Source: Nitrosopumilus sp.
GTDB taxonomy: Archaea > Thermoproteota > Nitrososphaeria > Nitrososphaerales > Nitrosopumilaceae
Direction of reading: 5' to 3'
Length of the DNA: 32,000 nucleotides
NCBI GenBank assembly: GCA_963662625.1
Contig: OY759726.1
Span: 1,179,867 to 1,211,866, forward strand
A program made the translations under genes and the position numbers. The notes beneath the pieces are model-generated. The model had not been told where the DNA came from, searched no databases, and saw only the letters and a list, made by a program, of their open reading frames with translations. Shown piece after piece: positions 10,401 through 17,045 of this stretch (positions within the stretch are counted from its first letter, which is position 1; every line of letters starts with the position of its first letter).

Positions 10401-10579
10401 CCGATGGCCGGATCCAGCACAGCCACCTCCACCACCATCGACCCCGCAAAGTGGTTTCCGAACCGGGGGTTTTCGGCGGACACGTACAGGCTGGGGCCGG
10501 CCGCGTGGGCGGAGGGCAGCAGGATCGCTGCCGCGGCGGCGAGGATGGCGAGGGTCGACACCGTTTTACCGAGATGCAA
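7457..10579 (-). CDS. Large secreted S-layer-like cell-surface protein
   Basis: Start refined to TTG (LHLGKTVSTLAILAAAAAILLPSAHA). Thaumarchaeal surface-protein-like segments RERYPQGAQVFLTVSDAQLNQDPTDEDSWTFGV; C-terminal IPDWVKDAAGAW.../VPAWTKDAAGWWSKGVISDGEFLGMVQFLVKKGII modules. Confidence 0.85.
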   Translation of the reverse strand: MHLGKTVSTLAILAAAAAILLPSAHAAGPSLYVSAENPRFGNHFAGSMVVEVAVLDPAIGDTGEGRGEPDVTLNGRTLRMAQAGDGSWYAYFANADMARAADSAAGSPGSGLDFGVFCGRDTPPAVFGIGFPDTDGFAVPSPSGLSGFADGAGGLSECSGEPDGLGGLNNVVRNARPLNADAGVPPGQIGLDPGAWPLIQLFSFGDVTVRYDHASGTQQVRLEYGEIPGTSLGVDRERYPQGAQVFLTVSDAQLNQDPTDEDSWTFGVGTPGAVFYQAFGGTGRGGGAEPADISTRLPGLGFEDNGRLAVSAGRVLSLGTNSEQPRASLGGAPGFSQLVTLVESGPNSGVFDTADHGGMSTISILGGAPRGHAGSITYDRDSVSVLTGPSAAGIAVGGSSLVVNDSRPLVPGKEFPVVLVDADQNLNSGARDSLDASSASAAIPTLMIGDPPTLAGASGVEFFRDSPGAGMPAGSSVPDAASARLFIDTSGLPAGPFRGISLDLGFSAAELGSALAGPGGTNWLNYDFRSLESGLGVSDFSGASIDLFFGGPGTDPVPLVAPGGIASPQGLVRLDVPDVRGAAGAASVVVDFGGPGAGHVPGSGSVHPIIMDFFSFGEAAGGAVNNAVYRFELEETGPDTSTFAGTIEYSVAGGQDAAGPEFARHVRTIGDGVKFVVADRLAGSGGIAVSYSDLDDVGVVTGVSARADAGTSSGRILLDSDTYRFGQPVTLTLHDPDLNLSHDVVDAYGVVDDPRSPYVDTVGGGAGVLLEVLIKDTRYKRCTVDGVEHGGLAATGFSLVETSADSGVFTGVFKMPGKICNGSGTRLVSTAGGSIDARYHDYRDGSGNQSVFSLSRGIPPSPQLSAYEVAVPLGGGVSEVVMSGSVASPERGAPLTVTLTNPDGAEETWAAGLSPKGKFRAAFAISGDTPPGTYRIQLSHADRDEGSASFVVYDYGIPDWVKDAAGAWSSPSAPDSGFAGGVRHLVDKGVIVAPAAGRGTAEHVPAWTKDAAGWWSKGVISDGEFLGMVQFLVKKGIIRV

Positions 10580-10897
10580 CAGGTACGATGGCGGCCCGCC
10601 ACAAATAACCTTGTCGCACGATTCCCACCTTAATAGGCGGGGGGCGCAACGTGGCGCGGGAGATGCGTTTTCGCGGCTGATCGGGGTGCCGCAGGCGTCG
10701 CTGGCCGCCACGTTCTCGGAGTTCCCGGCAGGGCTGGCGTTCGGACTACGGCGCGGGGACCGTGGGGGTCAGGGTGCCGGACGTGGGCATTTTCAGGATG
10801 GGGTTCGCTCACCGGATCCCCGAGGATGTGGAGCGGGGGATGCGGGACGGCGTGGGGGATCGAGCAGGCCACCGCGCACCCGGAGCCGTCGCGGGGG

Positions 10898-12073
10898 TCA
10901 GACCGCGATGCTGGTGACGTACATCACCAGCATCCCGACGGCGACGCCGGCCGCTACGGGCGCGCTTGAGAGGTTCCGGTCGCCCTCCGCCCTGATCATC
11001 CTCATGATCACCAGTATGACCTGGAATATCGCGCCGGCGCCTACCGAGAGGAACACGACGGACGCGAGCGGCGAGAACGCGAACCCGCCGGTCCACGCGC
11101 CGAGGATCGCGGGCCCCCCGGCGATCATCCCCAGGGCGGCCAGCCGGCCCAGTACGGCCTTCTCCCTGGACAGCGGCGCCGCGATGGCGATCCCCTCCGT
11201 GGTGTTGTGTATCGCAAATCCCACTATCAGGAACGAGCTGAACGCCATGGAGCCCATCCCCACGGCGGCGCCGATGGCCAGCCCCTCGCCGAAGTTGTGC
11301 AGGCCGATCCCGACTGCGATCATCAGGGCCACCGCAAACGGCCCGCCGAGCCGGGGGTCTGCGGCCCGGGCCAGCCGGTCGCCGGAGTAGTACAGTCCCA
11401 GGAATGCCAGGACGATCACGGTGGCCACCAGCAGGACGCCGTTGAAGCTGCCCGCCAGGTTCTCGCCGGACACGGCCAGTGCCTCCTCGACGGAGTCGAT
11501 CCCTAGGAACAGCAGCAGCCCGGCGGTCAGGGCCAGGAAGAAGTGGTACTTTGCCCTGCTGATCCTCCTGATGAACGGGAGCCACAGGAGGCCTATGGCC
11601 ACGGGGATTACCCCGACGTATGTGCCGATTATTGCGAAGAATCCGAACAGCTCGGGGCTGGGTTCCAGCGCGGGGGCCGCGGCCTTCACCTCCCTCTCGA
11701 ACCGCGTCCCGTCCTGTATGGTGAGCCCGATCACGTACGGCTCGGCCTCGTTCCACTCGAAGGGGATCCTCACGGTGCCGGCCTCGTACCTGCCGAGGAA
11801 CCTGTCGGGCTCCACGGCGGCAGGCTGTATCCTGTCGTTCACGTCGGCCATGACGACCTCCACGGGGACTGGGCCCGTGTTCCTCACGGTGACGACGATC
11901 TCCGATCCCGCAAAGTCGATCTTTTCCAGGGATATCTCCGGCAGCGGCACCCCGAGGTCCAGCAGCTCCGAGCCCGGCCCGAAGACGTACGCGACCAGCG
12001 CCACCAGGAGCAGGAAGGGGGCGACCCCGCTTGCCACCGTCCTGCCCCTGGACGACCTTCTGCCAAGCTCCAT
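10898..12073 (-). CDS. ZIP-family metal transporter with an extra N-terminal extracytoplasmic domain
   Basis: Multiple TM segments; GIGLHNFGEGLAIGAA and FAIHNTTEGIAIAAPL are ZIP-type metal-binding TM motifs. Start refined to MELGRRSSRG, 1 nt after the multicopper oxidase stop. Confidence 0.88.
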   Translation of the reverse strand: MELGRRSSRGRTVASGVAPFLLLVALVAYVFGPGSELLDLGVPLPEISLEKIDFAGSEIVVTVRNTGPVPVEVVMADVNDRIQPAAVEPDRFLGRYEAGTVRIPFEWNEAEPYVIGLTIQDGTRFEREVKAAAPALEPSPELFGFFAIIGTYVGVIPVAIGLLWLPFIRRISRAKYHFFLALTAGLLLFLGIDSVEEALAVSGENLAGSFNGVLLVATVIVLAFLGLYYSGDRLARAADPRLGGPFAVALMIAVGIGLHNFGEGLAIGAAVGMGSMAFSSFLIVGFAIHNTTEGIAIAAPLSREKAVLGRLAALGMIAGGPAILGAWTGGFAFSPLASVVFLSVGAGAIFQVILVIMRMIRAEGDRNLSSAPVAAGVAVGMLVMYVTSIAV

Positions 12074-12074
12074 C

Positions 12075-13115
12075 CTACGTCCCCCCGGGCGCCTCTCCGG
12101 GGCCGTCGGCGGCCAGGAAGATCCCGACCCACCCCTTCTCGGAGAATTCCACCTTGTGCGCATGGAACAGGTACTTTCCGGGGTACGCGTACTCGAACTC
12201 CATTATCCCCCGCTCCGTCTGCGACAGCGTCACCATGTCGGTGTAAAACGAGGGCACGGTGTGGGTGCCGGTGGGGTAGTAGTAGAACAGGTTGCCGTGC
12301 AGGTGGAAGTTGTTGATCGGGTCAAACTCCACCATGTTTACCACGTAGACGCGGATCAGCTCGTTGGTGCTTATCTGGATCGGGTGGTGCTGGTAGTAGA
12401 ACGGGATCGTGTTTGCGGCGTAGAAGTTGTTCTCGGTGTCAAAGTCGGTGTCCAGCCCGTTGAGCACCATCACCATCTCGTCGGCCGGAGCACGCCCCTC
12501 CTTGGGATCGACGATGTAGACGCCGTACAGCCCGTGCACGATGTGCTCCTCCAGCGGCATCACGTGGCAGTGGTACGGGTGGACGCCCACCGGCCCGGCC
12601 ACGAACTCGTAGGTGAACTTCCCGCCTCCCGGCCCCACGGGCTCGAACACGCCGTCCATCCCGGCCGGGTGGATCCCGTGAAAGTGCATTGTGTGGGTCT
12701 TGGAGCCGTTGTTCACGAAGTTGATCCGCACCAGGTCGCCCTCGGTGGCCCTGATGGTCGGGCCGGGCACCGACCCGTTGAACGTCCACGCGTTGTAGAA
12801 CACGCCCGGCGCGACCTCCATCACCTTGTCGTCCTCGGCGACTATGGTGTATTCCCTCACCACGGTGCCGTCGGGCAGCGTGGACACCTCGCCGTAGTCA
12901 AAGTCGCGCAGGTACTCCATGGGATCAAACTCCATGGTGGACTCTGCGTAAAGCGGGTCGATCACGTCCCCCGTAGTCTTGACTATCCCGCCGGTGTGCG
13001 TCACGAAGATCCTCTCCACCAGCTGCGCCTCGGTGACGGACGGGAGCACCGCGACCGAAAGCCCCGCCGCCATGACCACCGCGAGGCCCATTAGGAGTGA
13101 TCTGCTGGGCTTCAA
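12075..13115 (-). CDS. Multicopper oxidase (two-domain / nitrite-reductase-like cupredoxin)
   Basis: HTMHFHGIHPAG, GVHPYHCHVMPLEEHIVHGLYG, NNFHLHGNLF, GKYLFHAHKVEFSEKGWVG copper-binding motifs; signal peptide. Start refined to TTG at 13115 because of TATA-like sequence ~27 nt upstream (the ORF track gives 13154). Confidence 0.9.
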   Translation of the reverse strand: MKPSRSLLMGLAVVMAAGLSVAVLPSVTEAQLVERIFVTHTGGIVKTTGDVIDPLYAESTMEFDPMEYLRDFDYGEVSTLPDGTVVREYTIVAEDDKVMEVAPGVFYNAWTFNGSVPGPTIRATEGDLVRINFVNNGSKTHTMHFHGIHPAGMDGVFEPVGPGGGKFTYEFVAGPVGVHPYHCHVMPLEEHIVHGLYGVYIVDPKEGRAPADEMVMVLNGLDTDFDTENNFYAANTIPFYYQHHPIQISTNELIRVYVVNMVEFDPINNFHLHGNLFYYYPTGTHTVPSFYTDMVTLSQTERGIMEFEYAYPGKYLFHAHKVEFSEKGWVGIFLAADGPGEAPGGT

Positions 13116-13137
13116 CTGAGATGTAAGCCGGGCCTGC

Positions 13138-13184
13138 TTATTTAAAGTTAGCATGGACTAACTTTTTTAACCCAGGCTAACTTT
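13138..13184 (-). promoter_or_regulatory. Promoter of multicopper oxidase/ZIP pair with palindromic operator candidate
   Basis: TATA-like TTTAAATAA (complement of 13138-13146); AAAGTTAG (13144-13151) and CTAACTTT (13158-13165) form a perfect 8-bp-arm inverted repeat; third copy CTAACTTT at 13177-13184. Confidence 0.55.
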
Positions 13185-13241
13185 TTGGGGCCGATCCCCC
13201 CGCGAAACTAGGTTTAAACTGAGGCGCGCGCGCCACAAGTC

Positions 13242-13739
13242 ATGCCAAAGGCAAGCGTGCTGCTGCTGTTGGTCGGCGGGATACTGGGGCTGGGGATAAC
13301 GCTCTCGTTCTACGGCAACCAGGCCCTCTTCGAGGATCTGGCCGACGGGGGAGGCGACGTCAGGCCTGGGGAGAAGCTCGAGGTCAGGGCGGAACTGGAG
13401 CGGTCAGACGAGGGCGGGATCTACGCGATCCAGGTGGAAGATCCCGACGGGGGGCCGGTCTCAGTGCGGGTACTGGATCCCGGGGGCGCCGAGGTGGGCT
13501 CCGGCCTTGTCGGCGGCGAACTGTTCGAGGGGAGGTTCGCGGTGGACTCCGACGGCGCCTACACGCTGGTCGCAAGGAACGACGGGACGGGCCCAGTCAA
13601 GGTCTTCGCCGTGATGGGGCCGGAACCCGACGCGGGCACGAAGTCGTTGGGGTTCGTCTCGCTGTACGTGCTGGTCATAGGGCTGCTGGGCATGGCCGGC
13701 GTGGCGATCTTCGCGGTTAGGAACAGGAAGCGGCCCTAG
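13242..13739 (+). CDS. Hypothetical membrane protein: N- and C-terminal TM helices around an extracytoplasmic beta-rich domain
   Basis: SVLLLLVGGILGLGITLSFYG N-terminus, SLYVLVIGLLGMAGVAIFAVRNRKRP C-terminus. Confidence 0.75.
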   Translation: MPKASVLLLLVGGILGLGITLSFYGNQALFEDLADGGGDVRPGEKLEVRAELERSDEGGIYAIQVEDPDGGPVSVRVLDPGGAEVGSGLVGGELFEGRFAVDSDGAYTLVARNDGTGPVKVFAVMGPEPDAGTKSLGFVSLYVLVIGLLGMAGVAIFAVRNRKRP

Positions 13740-14041
13740 TTCAGGTAGCTGTCCATCTTCTCCAGGCCGCCGATCGCGGAGTCGAAATCCTCGCCCTCGA
13801 CTATCCCAGCCAGCATCTCGGTGTTTGCCGAAAAGTAGGCCTTCCCGCCGTCGAGCCTCTGGATCACGAACCCCGTCTCTACCAGGTACCCGAGCCTCTG
13901 CCGGACGTCGTCCTCGGTGGTGGAGGCGGCACTTGCCAAAAACGAGCATTCCTTCTCGCCGTCCTCCAGCTCCGCGATGACGGCCGAAGTCACTGGATCA
14001 AACATGCAGTCGACCACCTTGTCCCTGTCAAAGTCGGGCAT
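13736..14041 (-). CDS. Small winged-helix (ArsR-like) transcriptional regulator candidate
   Basis: 101 aa; VTSAVIAELEDGEKECSFLASAASTTEDDVRQRLGYLVETGFVIQRLDGGKAYFSA matches wHTH layout; convergent 4-nt overlap with upstream gene. Confidence 0.6.
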   Translation of the reverse strand: MPDFDRDKVVDCMFDPVTSAVIAELEDGEKECSFLASAASTTEDDVRQRLGYLVETGFVIQRLDGGKAYFSANTEMLAGIVEGEDFDSAIGGLEKMDSYLN

Positions 14042-14171
14042 CCTCTTGGAGGGGCGGGGAGGGAATTTAAGAATTTCCAGTCAGGGCGGGCACGGGCCCC
14101 GGATCGCGCAGTCGGCGCCGCCTGGGTCACGGGTGCTTGTGCACCAATAAGGTAATTAGTAAACCCCCCCC

Positions 14172-14333
14172 ATGCAACCCATGCAGAAACTGTGCGAGGG
14201 GGACGCCTCCGGGAGGGGGCAGCACTGCTTCTGCATGGAGGTCGACCCCAGGAGCGGGGTGCGGAAGTGCTGCAGGTGCAACAGGTGGAACATCCAGGGG
14301 CGGGACTGGACAGACGACTCTGACTTCCGGTGA
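14172..14333 (+). CDS. Cys-rich small protein (53 aa), putative zinc-binding
   Basis: Translates as MQPMQKLCEGDASGRGQHCFCMEVDPRSGVRKCCRCNRWNIQGRDWTDDSDFR; not listed in the ORF track, which lists an overlapping frame. Confidence 0.55.
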   Translation: MQPMQKLCEGDASGRGQHCFCMEVDPRSGVRKCCRCNRWNIQGRDWTDDSDFR

Positions 14334-14394
14334 TCCCGCGCAATACCGCGGTTCCTACCGCGATATCGCGAAAACACGCGCGATCGCGCGAGCC

Positions 14395-14402
14395 ATGCCT
14401 AA
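14395..14402. repeat. Left 8-bp target-site duplication ATGCCTAA
   Basis: Identical to 17108-17115 at the other end of the IS5-like element. Confidence 0.8.
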
Positions 14403-14427
14403 TAGTCTGTTGCCTAATAGTCTGTTG
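14398..14427. repeat. Perfect tandem duplication of CCTAATAGTCTGTTG (2 x 15 bp)
   Basis: 14398-14412 and 14413-14427 are identical; each contains the TSD tail CCTAA plus the first 10 nt of the IS5-like TIR. Confidence 0.98.
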
Positions 14428-14453
14428 AACACATGATAACCACCCAGGCGTAG

Positions 14454-14569
14454 TTGCCCCGATGGATCGACCCCTGGTAGCGCGTGGGCCTGGCGCCCTT
14501 TCTGTTGAATGGGGCAATCCGAGCTGCTGTGTCACTGGGCTTCGCGCCCTGATAGGTGTGTGCAGCTTC
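14454..14569 (+). ncRNA. Candidate IS110 bridge RNA / seekRNA (two guide-loop hairpins)
   Basis: Hairpin 1: TTGCCCC (14454-14460)/GGGGCAA (14511-14517), apical GGGC/GCCC, 3' loop has TCTGTTG. Hairpin 2: AGCTGC (14522-14527)/GCAGCT (14562-14567), apical GGGC (14537-14540)/GCCC (14546-14549), 3' loop has ATAGGTG. Loops match target and donor half-sites plus TG core. Confidence 0.6.
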
Positions 14570-14607
14570 CGATCCGTCAGACATCCGAAAGGAGGTGATA
14601 GGAAAGG

Positions 14608-15699
14608 ATGAGAAAGACAAGCATAGGGATAGACATAGGGAAGAGAAAGTGCGACGCGTGCGTGGTGGACGGGAACGGGAAGGTTCTCGAGAGGGGGCAG
14701 TACCCCAACACCCGGGACGGCGCGGCGAAGTTCGCAGGGGTGATGGCGCGCAGGTACCTGGGCGGCGGCCCCTGCAGGGCCGCCTGCGAGACGACTGGCA
14801 ACATGTGGAACAAGACGTTTGACGCCTTCGAGGCGGCCGGGATCGACATCAAACTGGCCAACACGTACAAGATGGCCCTGATAGCCAGGACCGCCAAGAA
14901 GACCGACAGGATTGACGCAGAGAAGATAGCGCAGGTGCTGAGGATGGACATGATACCGGAGTGCTACGTCCCCCCGGGCCACACCAGGGGGATACGCGCG
15001 ATGGTCAGGCAGAGGGTGAGGCTGGTCCAGGACAGGACGCGCGTGATAAACCGCGTCCACAGCCTCCTGGACCGCCACGACATCCAAATGGACGCCTCCA
15101 CCATGCACTCCGAAAAGGCCTTGGGGCAGCTGGAATCTGCGGAGCTGGGCTCTGGGCACGACGGGTTGGTCCTGGGCCAGTGCGCCCGGCAGGTGAGGCA
15201 CCTGACGGAGGAGATCTCCGTGACGGAGGGGCTCCTCGAGATGGAGGCCGCCCACAACGGTGACGCGAGGCTGCTGGCCAGCATGACCGGCGTCGGCACG
15301 TTCACCGCGGTGCTGATGGCCTCCGAGATCGGGGACGTCTCCAGGTTCAGGGGGCCAAGGCAGATGGTGTCGTGGGCCGGGCTGTGCCCGGTGGTCTACC
15401 AGTCGGGGAACCAGCTGTACACGGGGAGGATCAAGAAGATCGACTCCAGCAGCCTGGTCAACTGGGCCATGTGCGAGGCCGCGAACACCGCCGTGCGGCA
15501 CGACGCCAGGATGGAAGCCGTGTATGCGTCCGCGCGCCGGAGGCACGCGGACAAGCATGGGCCGGCAATCATAGTGGTGGCCCACAAGATGGTCACCATA
15601 ATGTGGCACATGCTGACCACCAAGACACCCTACGAGTCCCGCAACGAGAGGCTGTACCGGCGCAAGCTGGCCAGGATGGAGAAGGCGCGCCGGGGGTGA
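14608..15699 (+). CDS. IS110-family transposase (DEDD; serine/IS116-type C-terminal domain)
   Basis: IGIDIGKRKCDACVVD, ARTAKKTDRIDAEKIAQVLR, LLASMTGVGTFTAVLMASEIGDVSRFRGPRQMVSWAGLCPVVYQSG. Confidence 0.95.
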   Translation: MRKTSIGIDIGKRKCDACVVDGNGKVLERGQYPNTRDGAAKFAGVMARRYLGGGPCRAACETTGNMWNKTFDAFEAAGIDIKLANTYKMALIARTAKKTDRIDAEKIAQVLRMDMIPECYVPPGHTRGIRAMVRQRVRLVQDRTRVINRVHSLLDRHDIQMDASTMHSEKALGQLESAELGSGHDGLVLGQCARQVRHLTEEISVTEGLLEMEAAHNGDARLLASMTGVGTFTAVLMASEIGDVSRFRGPRQMVSWAGLCPVVYQSGNQLYTGRIKKIDSSSLVNWAMCEAANTAVRHDARMEAVYASARRRHADKHGPAIIVVAHKMVTIMWHMLTTKTPYESRNERLYRRKLARMEKARRG

Positions 15700-15902
15700 C
15701 CCCCCGCGCTGCCCGCATCCCGGATCGTCTTGCCAGCGCTAGCTATAAATCTCATGCCATGCAACCCAGTCACGGATCGGAAAAACCGCGGGATGCATTG
15801 CGGCAACTACGCCTGAGTGGTTAACATAGGTGCACAACTGCCAGAAATTGCCGGGTCTAAACAGTTGAACCCCCGGCCCAACCATGTCAAACCGAAAAGG
15901 CC

Positions 15903-17045
15903 TTGGATCACGGCCGCGCACCGTCCCCGTTGGCTGCGACCGACAACGAGAAATACGTCAGGCGCGGGAGGGGCCTGGCTGTGTCGTATGACCCCGGCTG
16001 GGAGGACGACCTGAGGGAGGCCAACGCCGGCAAGGAGGGCGCCCCGTTCAGGTACGCCGGGGCGCTGGTCATGGCCGCCGCCGCGGTGAGGACCTCGCTC
16101 GGGGTCCAGTACAGGCAGCTGTCCGGGCTCCTCGCGGGGATGCTGGGGGGGCACGGCGCGCCGCACTACTCGGTGCTGGCCAGGAGGATGGCGCGCCTCG
16201 ACGTGGACATCGGCGGGGGAGTCGTCCGCGTCTCCGGCGGCGGCCAGCCCATGACCCTGCTGGCCGACGCCACGGGCCTGAAGCAGTGCAACCGGGGCGA
16301 GTGGATACGGAAGAAGTGGAAGGTGAAGCGCGGGTTCGTCAAGCTGCACCTGCTGGCCGACGCCGACACGAAGAAGATACTCGCGGCGGTGGTGACCGAC
16401 GACAGGACGGGCGACTCCCCCATGCTGAAGGAGCTCCTGGGAACCGTGGCGGGGCCGCGTGGCGGGAAGCCGGACGGGAAGCCGGCGGGGAAGCAGGGCG
16501 GGAAGCAGGACAGGCGCATGGCGCTGATCCGCGGGAAGGCAGCCGCGGCGGGGGATCCCCTGCCGCGCGTGGGCTCGCCCCCGCCCAACCTCCTCGCGAG
16601 CGGCGTGGCGCCGCTCGCGCTGCAGTGCGGCCAGCCGCCCGGCTCCCACGGGGCGCGCCTGATCGCGGACGGGGCGTACGCGTCGCGGGACAACATGCGG
16701 AGGTGCCGCGACATGGGCGTGGGGCCTATCATCCCGGTCAAGGTGGCGTCCACCGCCAGGGGCAAGGGCGCCGGCGGCGCGTGGGGCGAGGCGGTGCGGG
16801 ACCAGCTGGGGGGCGGCCCGGAGGCGCGCGTCGACAGGATGGGCACGAGGGAGAGGGAGGAGAACGTCCGGTACTGGAAGGCCAGGAAGGGGTACGGCAG
16901 GAGGTGGCTGATCGAGATAATCATATCGGCGTTCAAGAGGATGTTCGGGGACCACGTGCACTCGCGCAGGTGGGAGAACATCGTGCAGGAGGTAAGGCTC
17001 AGGGTGGCCCAGTACAACCGGTGGGCGGGGGAGGCGGGGGCGTAG
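15903..17045 (+). CDS. IS5/IS4-like DDE transposase
   Basis: TLLADATGLKQCNRGEWIRKKWKVKRGFVKLHLLADADTKKILAAVVTDDRTGDSPML (first D), LIADGAYASRDNMR (second D), RREIIISAFKRMFGD-type Y-(2)R-(3)E-(6)K-like region; TTG start. Confidence 0.88.
   Translation: MDHGRAPSPLAATDNEKYVRRGRGLAVSYDPGWEDDLREANAGKEGAPFRYAGALVMAAAAVRTSLGVQYRQLSGLLAGMLGGHGAPHYSVLARRMARLDVDIGGGVVRVSGGGQPMTLLADATGLKQCNRGEWIRKKWKVKRGFVKLHLLADADTKKILAAVVTDDRTGDSPMLKELLGTVAGPRGGKPDGKPAGKQGGKQDRRMALIRGKAAAAGDPLPRVGSPPPNLLASGVAPLALQCGQPPGSHGARLIADGAYASRDNMRRCRDMGVGPIIPVKVASTARGKGAGGAWGEAVRDQLGGGPEARVDRMGTREREENVRYWKARKGYGRRWLIEIIISAFKRMFGDHVHSRRWENIVQEVRLRVAQYNRWAGEAGA

Larger units (their letters stand above)
14428..15830 (+). mobile_element. 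IS110-family insertion sequence nested in the IS5-like left TIR; core dinucleotide TG at both junctions
   Basis: DEDD transposase; TG at 14426-14427 and 15831-15832; subterminal inverted repeats AACCACCCAGGCGTAGTTGCC (14438-14458) / GGCAACTACGCCTGAGTGGTT (15802-15822), 20/21 matching. Confidence 0.88.

Noticed and set aside
14131-14145. Short hairpin GGTGC-TTGT-GCACC upstream of the small ORF
   Set aside because: Five-bp stem without a U-tract or other context; too weak to call as a terminator or ncRNA.
14137-14436. 99-aa ORF MCTNKVISKPPPCNPCRNCARG...
   Set aside because: Runs across palindromes and the IS boundary with low-complexity composition; the overlapping 53-aa Cys-rich frame is more protein-like.
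13990-15609. 539-aa minus-strand ORF over the IS110 transposase
   Set aside because: Crosses the IS boundary and opposes a clear transposase; composition is that of an antisense shadow ORF.
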